Origin: Spirochaetia bacterium
Lineage (GTDB): Bacteria; Spirochaetota; Spirochaetia; UBA9216
Length of the DNA stretch: 64,000 nt
Direction of reading: 5' to 3'
Assembly: GCA_963677925.2 (NCBI GenBank)
Contig: CAXXYH010000004.1
Coordinates: 288,001-352,000, forward strand
Below, piece after piece: positions 49,587 to 58,757 of this stretch. The notes under the pieces were generated by a model. The model did no database searches. It was not told the origin of the DNA and worked only from the letters and a program-made list of their open reading frames with translations. Position 1 is the first letter of the stretch; every line of letters begins with the position of its first letter. Position numbers and translations under genes: made by a program.

Positions 49587-50729
49587 CTATACTTTGAAAC
49601 CCTGCCTTGCAGCCGTCAGCAGCTTTGATTTAAGCAGGTTATTCTGCTTTTTCAGTACTGAAATTTCATACTGCTGGCTTTTTACTGTCTCGATCAAATC
49701 CCCTTTTGTAAGGGTTCCGCTGTGAAGCAGGTTTTCAAGCTCCTGTATTTTATAGTCAAAATCTATCTCTGCTTCCATTTCCGCATTCTGGTAGCTTTCC
49801 TCCATGGTCTGGATCTCCAGTGCGGACTGGTCTTCGATACTTTTCTGAAGTATTCTGTCGGTCATCCGGTATACTGCCTGTGAAATTACAGATTCAGGCT
49901 TGTATTTTATTATGGGAAGCCTCGAATTGAGAGCAATGTCCTGAAGATGATCCCTGTAGATAACTCCCAGATATTCCATTTCAACTCCAAGATACTGCTC
50001 GCATGAGCGCTTTATCTTTTCAGCCTTAACAGAGTCTTTCGGATCATCGATCATATTCATAACAATCATCGGCGAAAACGCATTCATCTTTTTCTTTAAT
50101 AAATTATATTTATCAGGATCAAGAGATTCAAGTTTTTCGAGTATTCCGGGAATATAGATCCTCTGCAGCCCTTCGCCATCCGCCGCAAGCTCATCAAGAT
50201 AGGCCTTTGCGGGACTCTTACCGGTAAACCCGGTAGAGATCATCCTGAATACTACATTTTTCAGAAAAAGATAGGCATTAAGTGTTGCTGTCAGCGCCGG
50301 CGCCGTAACAATTATTCCGGTACCCGACATCAGAAAGAAATCCAGGGTATTAAAAGAAGTTCCCGCGCCAAGGTCAAGAATAAGAAAATCGGTATCAAGC
50401 TGACTTAGATGTTTTATCAGCTTCCGTTTCTGATTTATCTGTATATTGGCAAGCCCGGGAATTTCAGCATCCCCGGGGATAAACTTCAGATTTGTATAAC
50501 CGGAATCAAGAAGAATATCTTCAAATTCCACATTATTTCTTGTAAGCCAGGTGCCTATACCGGCCTGGCTTCTTCCGGAGTCAAGCATCATATGCAGGTT
50601 TGAACCGCCCAGATCAAGATCTGCAAGTACGGTTTTTTTACCAGCCTGAGCCAGGGCAATTGAAAGATTTACAGCGAGCAGAGATTTTCCGACACCGCCT
50701 TTTCCACCTGCAACAGGTATAATTTTCAT
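49587..50729 (-). CDS. MinD/FlhG-like P-loop ATPase with C-terminal coiled coil
   Basis: GGKGGVGKS, DLDLGGSNLH, LDLGAGTS. Confidence 0.85.
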   Translation of the reverse strand: MKIIPVAGGKGGVGKSLLAVNLSIALAQAGKKTVLADLDLGGSNLHMMLDSGRSQAGIGTWLTRNNVEFEDILLDSGYTNLKFIPGDAEIPGLANIQINQKRKLIKHLSQLDTDFLILDLGAGTSFNTLDFFLMSGTGIIVTAPALTATLNAYLFLKNVVFRMISTGFTGKSPAKAYLDELAADGEGLQRIYIPGILEKLESLDPDKYNLLKKKMNAFSPMIVMNMIDDPKDSVKAEKIKRSCEQYLGVEMEYLGVIYRDHLQDIALNSRLPIIKYKPESVISQAVYRMTDRILQKSIEDQSALEIQTMEESYQNAEMEAEIDFDYKIQELENLLHSGTLTKGDLIETVKSQQYEISVLKKQNNLLKSKLLTAARQGFKV

Positions 50730-50848
50730 CTAATCCTCCGGTTATTGGGAAAGTATATCATGAAGAAAAAATCACGCAAAGCCTCAGAAAAAAACATGAC
50801 TTGATGATTATCTCCCGTAACATTAAAATGAATATTGAAGAGGTTTTT

Positions 50849-52291
50849 ATGAAAAACAAAGAAAGATCAATATGGCTGATAGTTACGATAGTACTTGCAG
50901 CAGCTCTGACTTTTTCCTTAATGAGTCCGGGAAGCTCTCTGCAGCTAAGCAGCCAAAAAAATAACGACTACCTTATCAGGCTCGGCAGGCTTTTCGACAT
51001 TATCGAGCAAAATTTTGTAGAAGATGTCTCACCTGAAACACTTTATGAAGGTGCGGCGAAGGGAATGTTTGAAAGTCTGGATGATCCGTACTCGGTTTAT
51101 CTTACAGCTGACGATATGGAGGACTTTTCTGATACAACCACCGGCAGTTTCGGCGGAGTCGGGATGTTTATCTCAAAACAGAGCGGTAAGAGACCTGAGA
51201 TAACAGCAGATTCACCATTCAGAGATCGATATTTTGATTTTGTCGAGGTGATTTCACCGATCGAAGGCTCCCCTGCCTACCGTGCAGGAATATCCGCCGG
51301 TGATTTCATAATAGAAATTGACGGAGAATCGGCAGAAGGCCTGTCTACTGATGAGGTGGCGGACAGACTCAGGGGAGAACCCGGAACCGAGGTAAGTTAC
51401 AAGATACGAAGACTGGGTAATATTGAGCGTGAAATAACAGTCAAGCGGGAAGTAATTGAAGTGCCCACTGTAAAATATGCAATGATCGATGATGAAACAG
51501 CCTATCTTAAAATTGTCCGCTGGACACCATATACCGAAGAGAGTGTCAAAGAAGCGGTAACATTCTTTGAAAAAGCCGGTTATTCCTACCTTGTTGTTGA
51601 TGTACGCGGAAATCCGGGTGGTCTGCTTTCCAGTGTTGTTGATACAGCAGATTTGTTTCTCGACGACGGCATGATCGTCAGTACCAAAAACCGGGATCAG
51701 ATAAAAATTGAAGAATTCAAAGCAACCCGCAGAACCGATGTTGATGAAAGTATTCCTGTCATCCTTCTTATAGACCGAGGCTCGGCTTCTGCATCCGAAA
51801 TCCTTGCAGGAGCGCTTAAGGACAACGAACGTGCATACCTGGTAGGCGAAACCTCCTTCGGAAAGGGTTCAGTTCAGCAGATCAGCGGTTTCGGTAACGG
51901 AGGATTCAAACTTACAACATCAAGATACTATACTCCATCAGGAATAAATATTGACCATATCGGAATTGAACCTCAGAAGAAAATTAAAGAAGAGGAACTT
52001 TCCGATGATGAACTTCTGTCACTCGAAAAACTGATAGAAAATAATTATATCCCCCTGTTTGTGGCAAAATTTCCGGATGCAGGTGAATCCCGTATTTACG
52101 ACTTTATTGAAGAGCTGAAGGCAGACGGAATTGATCTTGAAGATCGTCTGCTGAGACGGCTGATAAGGGCCGAAATAAACCGAACTGAAAATGATCCTCC
52201 CATTTTTGACCTGGATTATGATATAGTACTACAGTACGCGGTTGACCTTTTCGAGTCTGGCGGGTACAAAGATTTAGATATTTTCAGATAA
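50849..52291 (+). CDS. ctpA: Carboxyl-terminal processing protease (S41, PDZ)
   Basis: LDDPYS, FGGVG PDZ, DVRGNPGG, SASASEI, SFGKGSVQ. Confidence 0.93.
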   Translation: MKNKERSIWLIVTIVLAAALTFSLMSPGSSLQLSSQKNNDYLIRLGRLFDIIEQNFVEDVSPETLYEGAAKGMFESLDDPYSVYLTADDMEDFSDTTTGSFGGVGMFISKQSGKRPEITADSPFRDRYFDFVEVISPIEGSPAYRAGISAGDFIIEIDGESAEGLSTDEVADRLRGEPGTEVSYKIRRLGNIEREITVKREVIEVPTVKYAMIDDETAYLKIVRWTPYTEESVKEAVTFFEKAGYSYLVVDVRGNPGGLLSSVVDTADLFLDDGMIVSTKNRDQIKIEEFKATRRTDVDESIPVILLIDRGSASASEILAGALKDNERAYLVGETSFGKGSVQQISGFGNGGFKLTTSRYYTPSGINIDHIGIEPQKKIKEEELSDDELLSLEKLIENNYIPLFVAKFPDAGESRIYDFIEELKADGIDLEDRLLRRLIRAEINRTENDPPIFDLDYDIVLQYAVDLFESGGYKDLDIFR

Positions 52292-52306
52292 AGTAACAGG
52301 ATAAAA

Positions 52307-53086
52307 ATGAGACAGTTTGTATTGCCTGATGAATACATCGGGTCCGGACCTATTACGCTGACCGGTGAAGAATACCGTTACCTGACCAGGGTTCTTAGAA
52401 TGGGCCCCGGTCAGATGTTCAACGGTGTAAACCAGGACGGGCGGAAGTTTATTCTCACAATAAATGCTATGGATGAGATCAGCCTCACAGCAGACTGCGT
52501 TGAGGTTGTTGATGAACGCGATGCAAAAGAAGACATGCCGGAAATCATTCTTATTCAGTGTCTTCCCAAGGGAAAGAAGCTCGAAATGATAATACGACAG
52601 GCTGTAGAAGCAGGGGTAGGGATGGTGATTCCCGTACAGAGCGAATACAGCGTACCGGTGATAAAGGAAGACCGCTCCGCCTTTAAAAATGAAAGACTTA
52701 AAAAGATTGCCGTTGAAGCTGCTCAGCAGAGCGGCAATAAGGGTGTTCCTACAATACTTTCACCGGTCAAGATGAAAGAACTTCCTGAACTGCTTCAGAA
52801 ACTTGGAAAAAATTCCGGACAGAAACTTTTTTTTCATCAGGAACCGCTGGCAAACTGGTCTCTTCACAGGTATCTAATCGCAGATACTGAATCTGTTATT
52901 ATTTTTATAGGTCCAGAAGGCGGCTTTTCAGAAAAAGAAACAGATTTTCTGCTTGCATCCGGATTCTATCCGGTATATCTTGGTGACAATATTCTGAGAA
53001 CTGAAACAGCTGCGATATACGCGCTCGGAGCAGTAAAAACAATACTGCTGGAGAGGAAAGAGTGGAAAGCATACTGCCTGGAATAA
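52307..53086 (+). CDS. rsmE: 16S rRNA m3U1498 methyltransferase
   Basis: RVLRM, EAAQQS, IGPEGGFS, LGDNILRTETAA. Confidence 0.95.
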   Translation: MRQFVLPDEYIGSGPITLTGEEYRYLTRVLRMGPGQMFNGVNQDGRKFILTINAMDEISLTADCVEVVDERDAKEDMPEIILIQCLPKGKKLEMIIRQAVEAGVGMVIPVQSEYSVPVIKEDRSAFKNERLKKIAVEAAQQSGNKGVPTILSPVKMKELPELLQKLGKNSGQKLFFHQEPLANWSLHRYLIADTESVIIFIGPEGGFSEKETDFLLASGFYPVYLGDNILRTETAAIYALGAVKTILLERKEWKAYCLE

Positions 53087-53814
53087 AAAGAATCGACTTT
53101 CTTAAAGTACCTGTAGATATAATTCCTGCCGAGGATCTTGAGGAAGTTTTTAAACATCTTGCGGATAATGGAGAGAAAAATCAGATTGTACTGATAAATT
53201 TTTTCGATCTGATGAGAGCAAGACGCAATAAGGAATACATGAAAACGCTGAACGAAGCGGCTCTTGTAATTCCGACTGCAAAATCGATAATCAGCGGAAT
53301 AAATTTTTTAAAAAAAGGTCAGGCCTTCAGATACAGGCCCTTTGATTTTGTAATCAAGGCTCTGGGTGTCATGGAAATCCAGAAAAAATCATTATACCTG
53401 ATCGGCGGAAAAACTCATTCACTCCAGACAGTCTTCAGCAATATGAAAATATCATTCCCGGGTTTAAATATTGTCGGAAGATATTCAGGCTACTATTCTG
53501 CAGCGATGGAAGAAAATATTCTCGTTGCTATCAAAAAGGCATCACCAACCTTTCTGCTTGCCGGAGACGGCCTTAAGGGTAAGGATCGCTGGCTTAATCG
53601 TCATAGAGACAGTTTCAACCCCGGAATTTTTCTGTGGTGCTCGGAGTGCTATGCTATTTTCAGCGGAAAAAAGGCCAAAGGTTCAAAGAAAAGCTGGGAA
53701 AACGGAACTGAAGTAATTTCTGAAGTACTTAGAAACCCTCTGAAAATTTTCAGAGTATTCATACGGCTTTACTACCTTATACTTTTAGTTATCTACAGAC
53801 TTTCTTCTAAATAG
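53062..53814 (+). CDS. WecB/TagA/CpsF family glycosyltransferase-like protein
   Basis: FLKVPVD, FPGLNIVGRYSGY, IKKASPTFLL. Confidence 0.8.
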   Translation: MESILPGIKRIDFLKVPVDIIPAEDLEEVFKHLADNGEKNQIVLINFFDLMRARRNKEYMKTLNEAALVIPTAKSIISGINFLKKGQAFRYRPFDFVIKALGVMEIQKKSLYLIGGKTHSLQTVFSNMKISFPGLNIVGRYSGYYSAAMEENILVAIKKASPTFLLAGDGLKGKDRWLNRHRDSFNPGIFLWCSECYAIFSGKKAKGSKKSWENGTEVISEVLRNPLKIFRVFIRLYYLILLVIYRLSSK

Positions 53815-53822
53815 AAATTTTC

Positions 53823-54269
53823 CTACTCATACAGACGCATGTATTCATAGGCTTCACGAAGTCTGGGTTCCATATTCCTTGTTATAATACGGCCGGCTAA
53901 GGATCTGATAACTGGAAAAAAGCTCAGAGCACCAATCAGATCGGTAATAAACCCAGGGCAGAGCAGCATTATACCTCCGAAAAGAGCTCCGGCAAGGGAA
54001 AGCATTTCTCTCCCAGGATACAAACCCTCTGCTGATTTTATCTTAATATGCTTTACAATTCCCCGGATATCACGGTATGCAAGAAAAAGACCTGCCAGTC
54101 CGGTTAATGCAGCAACGGCGAGGGTAAAATAAATGCCAAGAAATTCTCCAAGAAACTGAATTAGCATTATTTCAGCAAGCGGGATTATCGATATCAGTAG
54201 AAGCATAAATGCCGATTTCAAAATAAAACCGGTATCCAGCATTTTAAGCAGGAATCTTGTATTTAACAT
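53823..54269 (-). CDS. FxsA family membrane protein
   Basis: IPLAEI...TGLAG...LLCPGFITDLIG. Confidence 0.85.
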   Translation of the reverse strand: MLNTRFLLKMLDTGFILKSAFMLLLISIIPLAEIMLIQFLGEFLGIYFTLAVAALTGLAGLFLAYRDIRGIVKHIKIKSAEGLYPGREMLSLAGALFGGIMLLCPGFITDLIGALSFFPVIRSLAGRIITRNMEPRLREAYEYMRLYE

Positions 54270-54316
54270 AGGAAAAAAGATACCACAGCGTCAGAACTTG
54301 GGCAAGCAGGTGCAGA

Positions 54317-54970
54317 TTAATGAGCTTTCATATGAGAAGAAGCGGGAATACACCACCCTGAATGAGTAGAGGTAAGTATCAAATCTTCAGTTTTACAATA
54401 ATCACTGAGTTTGGAACGAAGCCTTGAAACCGCCATATCAGCAGCTCTTGAGCCGGAAACACGGGTATTTAAGGCAGAGTTAAGCAGCTCCCGGTTTAAA
54501 TAAGTTCCCCGATACATCAAAAGCATCCTCAATACTGTTCGTTCACTTTTACTTAGAAATATCCGGCAGGACTGCCTGCGTTCGGGATTATTCAGATGAA
54601 GAAATCCTGATGTCTTAAGATCCAAATCCCAGCCGGTAAACTGAAGTTTTTCTCTTTCCAGAAGTTTACCGCATCTGGCTGTAAGTTCTTCAGGAGTCCA
54701 GGGCTCACATAAATAATCAGCCGCCCCTGCAGACAACGCGGCACTAATATATTCATGCGGACCATAAAGGATAACCGGATTTAAGACTGCAAAAGACTCC
54801 GGTAAAGTCGTAAAGACAGATGTATTTAGAATGTAGACAGAATATTTTTTCTTAAGATCGGGTTTTCCAGTAAAAAAAAACTGTATACCCGGAAAGCTCC
54901 GAATATACAGTTCAATATTAGTCTTTGTTATTACGCTGCAGCCGGAAATATTAATCCTTGCAGCATCCAA
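54317..54970 (-). CDS. OmpR-type winged-helix regulator with degenerate receiver
   Basis: AGAADYLCEPW; SRAADMAVSRLRSKL wHTH; start uncertain. Confidence 0.7.
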   Translation of the reverse strand: MDAARINISGCSVITKTNIELYIRSFPGIQFFFTGKPDLKKKYSVYILNTSVFTTLPESFAVLNPVILYGPHEYISAALSAGAADYLCEPWTPEELTARCGKLLEREKLQFTGWDLDLKTSGFLHLNNPERRQSCRIFLSKSERTVLRMLLMYRGTYLNRELLNSALNTRVSGSRAADMAVSRLRSKLSDYCKTEDLILTSTHSGWCIPASSHMKAH

Positions 54971-54976
54971 AACGAA

Positions 54977-55528
54977 TTAACCCAGAAAAACCTGTCCGGA
55001 ATTATCGATCGCAAGGATGGTTCTGCATTCAGAACATCTGAACCGCCCGGCTCTGGTTGCCCGAAGTCTTCTGGAACATATAGGGCACTGAAAAATCTTC
55101 GGAAATACATCAGAATTTCTGGTACCGCCGTTTGCACCGAAAAAGTCGACAGCTTCATTAAGATTATCTTTGATGTTAAAAAACTGTGAAAACCCTAAAA
55201 GCTGGAATACTTCATAAACCTTTGGCTGAATCTCAAGCAGAACGAGGTCACCGCCTCTCGGCCTTACGGCCTTCAGAAATGCAGTAAAAGAACCTATACC
55301 TGTACTTGAAACGTAGTTAAGCCCGCTGCAGTTAAAGATAAGCTTTGTAAAACCGGCTTCAATGGCCTTCGTAACTCTCTTCTGAAAGAAGTTCGAGTTA
55401 TAAGTGTCGATATATCCTGTCAGAAAAAGAACAAGACATCCTTCAACACCTTCGACACTCTGAAGTTTAATTCGGAGACTGTCATCTTTTTCTTCATCAA
55501 ATCCGGTTACTATATCATTATTACTCAT
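54977..55528 (-). CDS. STAS anti-sigma-factor antagonist with C-terminal Zn ribbon
   Basis: LTGYIDTYN, LNYVSSTGIG, VFQLLGF; CPIC...CSEC. Confidence 0.88.
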   Translation of the reverse strand: MSNNDIVTGFDEEKDDSLRIKLQSVEGVEGCLVLFLTGYIDTYNSNFFQKRVTKAIEAGFTKLIFNCSGLNYVSSTGIGSFTAFLKAVRPRGGDLVLLEIQPKVYEVFQLLGFSQFFNIKDNLNEAVDFFGANGGTRNSDVFPKIFQCPICSRRLRATRAGRFRCSECRTILAIDNSGQVFLG

Positions 55529-55681
55529 TGTTCCTCAACCCGTGTATAATTTTATCAGTCAAATCATAGTTTTTCAATACGATATTAAATTTATACTATA
55601 TGATCGGATAGTTTTTCAAGAAATTTATAATTTATTTTTAATTTCTTGACCGATATGCCTTTAAATTTTAAAATTATGGTA

Positions 55682-56158
55682 ATGAAAAAGCAAGCAATAA
55701 AAATATCAGCAGTATTTTTCATCTTCATGGTTTTGACATGTTTTACGGTTGCGGCCGATCCTGCCGTCAATATGGCAGATCTTTCGATAACTATCAAGAC
55801 CCTTGCAGATGCCGTGAAAGCTGGCAGCCCTCCTGAACCCGGAACACAGGTAATCCTGAACGGAACAGCAATATCAAGGCTGGTTATAGAACCCGATCCT
55901 GCTAATTTCACCGGGCAGATTATTCTGGCAAACGGCAGCTGGGTTAACTCAAATCAGGTTGTGATGAATAAATGCATAGTTCTGCTTTCAGGAGCCAAAT
56001 TTTCAAAAACAATTCCTGTAAGACGTTCCAGAACAGTTGATCCTGAAGAAATTGTATTAAATTCAGAAATACTGATAACCGGATATTTTGCAGGCTCTGC
56101 CGAGACAGAGGAAGGCCTCCTTCCGGTTGTTGTGGCTACCGGCATTCGAAAACTGTAA
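55682..56158 (+). CDS. Hypothetical exported protein
   Basis: Signal peptide MKKQAIK...TVAA; TTGACC-17-TAAAAT promoter 7 nt before ATG. Confidence 0.7.
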   Translation: MKKQAIKISAVFFIFMVLTCFTVAADPAVNMADLSITIKTLADAVKAGSPPEPGTQVILNGTAISRLVIEPDPANFTGQIILANGSWVNSNQVVMNKCIVLLSGAKFSKTIPVRRSRTVDPEEIVLNSEILITGYFAGSAETEEGLLPVVVATGIRKL

Positions 56159-56164
56159 TAACTC

Positions 56165-57304
56165 TCAGAAAATAATATCTGCCGCTGAAATCTTTTCTTT
56201 TTCAGCGGAACAGGCACTCCTTAAAATAACGTTATATAGTTCTCTGATATTCCCGGGCCAGTCGTAATTAAAGAGAACTTCATATCCGCTGTCGCTCATT
56301 ATTACGTTTAACTGCAGATCATCACTGATTTCGGACAGAAAACATTCAACCAGATCCGGAATATCCTCAATTCGGTCGCGCAGCGGAGGAATATGCAGAA
56401 TCAGAACCTTTATTCGATGGAGAAGGTCTAGCCGGAAATTACCCTTTTTAACTTCCTCATCAAGATTTCTGTTAGTTGCACATATAAGTCTTACGTCAAC
56501 AGGAATCTCATTGTTTCCGCCGATACGTTTAATGGTTTTTGTTTCAAGGGTTCTTAAAAATTCAACCTGCAGGGAGACATCAAGTTCTCCTATTTCATCA
56601 AGGAAGAGGCTGCCTTTATTCGCATGCTCAAAACAACCCTTTCTTTTAACAGCTCCTGTGAATGCCCCCGGTTCGGATCCGAAAAGTTCTGTTCCGCAGA
56701 TTCCTGAAGGAATGGCGCCGGCATTCAATGCATGGAATTTTTTTCTCGCTCTTAGGGAGTAATCATGAATCAGCCCTGCCACCAGTTCTTTTCCGGTACC
56801 GCTTTCACCTGTTATCAGAACCGGAGCGGGAAATTTTGCGAGTTTCATAATATCAAGTTTTAATTTCTTAATTGCCTGAGATTTTCCGGTAAGACGGTCG
56901 ATCTTCTTACCGGAAGAGTTCAGAATTTCATACCTTCCGCTGCACAGAACCCCGCCAAGGATTAACCTGAAGGTTTCCTGCAGTCGCTCCAGATCATCAG
57001 GAATAATCAAATAATCAAGAACACCCTCTTTAAGCAGTTTTACTCCTGCTTTAGTATCAGGATTTCTTGTGAGACAGACAATAGGCGGCTGAGCAAAATA
57101 TCTGCTTGTTTTTCTAATAATCTTTATACAGCTGTGGACATCAACAATGGTCCCGGCCGCGATTAAATCAAACTCACCGTCATCAATCATTTCCAGGGCT
57201 TCCTGAAAAGATCTCACGGTTGTTACTATAAAATCCGCCGGAATAAAAGTCTGGAACAGCACACTGTCATTAAGATTACTCTCAATGTGTAATACTCTAA
57301 TCAT
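56165..57304 (-). CDS. sigma54-dependent enhancer-binding protein (atypical REC + AAA+, no HTH)
   Basis: GESGTGKE, ELFG, GAFTGA, LFLDEIG, WPGNIREL; ends 24 aa later. Confidence 0.9.
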   Translation of the reverse strand: MIRVLHIESNLNDSVLFQTFIPADFIVTTVRSFQEALEMIDDGEFDLIAAGTIVDVHSCIKIIRKTSRYFAQPPIVCLTRNPDTKAGVKLLKEGVLDYLIIPDDLERLQETFRLILGGVLCSGRYEILNSSGKKIDRLTGKSQAIKKLKLDIMKLAKFPAPVLITGESGTGKELVAGLIHDYSLRARKKFHALNAGAIPSGICGTELFGSEPGAFTGAVKRKGCFEHANKGSLFLDEIGELDVSLQVEFLRTLETKTIKRIGGNNEIPVDVRLICATNRNLDEEVKKGNFRLDLLHRIKVLILHIPPLRDRIEDIPDLVECFLSEISDDLQLNVIMSDSGYEVLFNYDWPGNIRELYNVILRSACSAEKEKISAADIIF

Positions 57305-57412
57305 TTTAAATACAGTTTTTATAATTTAATATTATTTTATGCGTAGTATTCTAAATTGAAAATATTAATCCTGCAAGGATTTTCATAATCCAGGCATACC
57401 ACTTTGATGGTA

Positions 57413-57742
57413 TTAGTTCAATTTCACAGCAGTTCCGTAAATCAGGAACTCTGCAGCCCCCTGCATCATGCTGGTAGTTGCAAATTTCAAACCGACTATA
57501 GCATCTGCACCCAAAGATTCAGCATCTTCAATCAGCCTGTCTATTGCCTGCTCACGGGACTCTGCCATCATTTTAGTGTAATCTGTAATTTCACCGCCGA
57601 CGATGTTTTTAAATCCAGCCATAATATCTTTGCCCATATGGCGGGCTCGGATAGTATTTCCACGGACAAGCCCGAAAACCTTTACAATTTCTCTTCCGGG
57701 AACAGAATCAGTAGTTACAAGAATCATTCCGCTGTCGCTCAT
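57413..57742 (-). CDS. YbjQ (UPF0145) family protein
   Basis: GKDIMAGFKNIVGGE, GADAIVG, YGTAV. Confidence 0.92.
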   Translation of the reverse strand: MSDSGMILVTTDSVPGREIVKVFGLVRGNTIRARHMGKDIMAGFKNIVGGEITDYTKMMAESREQAIDRLIEDAESLGADAIVGLKFATTSMMQGAAEFLIYGTAVKLN

Positions 57743-58173
57743 TTAATAATCTCCCTGTATTTATCAGTCTTTCTTTCACTAATCCGGTCTGTCAATGCTG
57801 TCAAAAATAAGACTATAACGGAAAACACAGAACCTGCAACCAGTATTTTTATAAAAATTCCTTCCGTGTTATCAGTAAAAAACATAAAAAGAAGGTAGAC
57901 CGCTATTAACAGGTTGAAACCAAGGACCATGAAAAAGCCCAGTCTACCTGAAAATTTGCGCTTTCTGCTTTTATAAAGTTTTTCCAGCCACTCGTCCTGC
58001 GGCGGAGCCGGAGTAAATCCGCTTAACTGTTTTTTCAGCTTAAGCATTGATTTATACTCTTCACGACATATATAACATGATTCTATATGATCTACGACTT
58101 CAGATATTTCACTTTCTTCCAGTTCATTATCTATAAGTGCCTGAGTTTTTAATTTTGCTTCATTACAGTTCAT
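57739..58173 (-). CDS. Zinc-binding (zf-HC2) membrane anti-sigma factor
   Basis: MNC...LIDNEL...HIESCYIC (HxxxCxxC) plus two TM helices. Confidence 0.88.
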   Translation of the reverse strand: MNCNEAKLKTQALIDNELEESEISEVVDHIESCYICREEYKSMLKLKKQLSGFTPAPPQDEWLEKLYKSRKRKFSGRLGFFMVLGFNLLIAVYLLFMFFTDNTEGIFIKILVAGSVFSVIVLFLTALTDRISERKTDKYREIIK

Positions 58174-58666
58174 ATTCTGCCTCCAGTTTGCTTTTAAGTA
58201 ATTTTCTGGCATTGTAGAGCCTGGACATAACAGTCCCCTTTGGAATATCCAGAATATCTGCTATTTCTTCATAAGAGCATTCATCAAAATGTTTCAGAAT
58301 TATAATTTCACGATGCTGAGGAGGAAGAGACATAACAGCCCTGTATATCTCTCGTTTTGACTCATCTCTAACCGCAGAGTCCTCAACTGAATCACGGCCT
58401 CTGCATAAATCGGGAAATTCCAGACTTGTTTCAGAACCTGATTTTTTTTTGCTTTTATTTATACATAAATTTTTTGTAATTCGGTACAGCCATGGAAAAA
58501 CCGGTCTGGATTGATCAAAATTCTTAAAGTTACGCCATGCTCTGTAAAAAACTTCCTGAGTAATATCAGCTGCATCCTCACGATTAAAAACCATTCTGCA
58601 CGCCGCCGCATAGACTCTCCGGTCATAGGCTCTGAAAATACTAATAAATGCATCTCTGTCGCTCAT
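58163..58666 (-). CDS. ECF RNA polymerase sigma factor (SigW-like)
   Basis: DAADITQEVF, WLYRITKNLC, SYEEIADILDIPKGTVMSRL. Confidence 0.93.
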   Translation of the reverse strand: MSDRDAFISIFRAYDRRVYAAACRMVFNREDAADITQEVFYRAWRNFKNFDQSRPVFPWLYRITKNLCINKSKKKSGSETSLEFPDLCRGRDSVEDSAVRDESKREIYRAVMSLPPQHREIIILKHFDECSYEEIADILDIPKGTVMSRLYNARKLLKSKLEAEYEL

Positions 58667-58757
58667 ACCTTATTATACACAGATACACACATGGAATATT
58701 CATTTTTTTTCCGGCATTCTTGCAATATGAATACCGGCATGATAAAATTCACTAATC

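Noticed and set aside
50770-50800. ACGCAAAGCC resembling part of a c-di-GMP-I riboswitch
   Set aside because: No upstream GGCAAAC/GNRA P2 stem and no pairing partner; it lies in a short divergent promoter region
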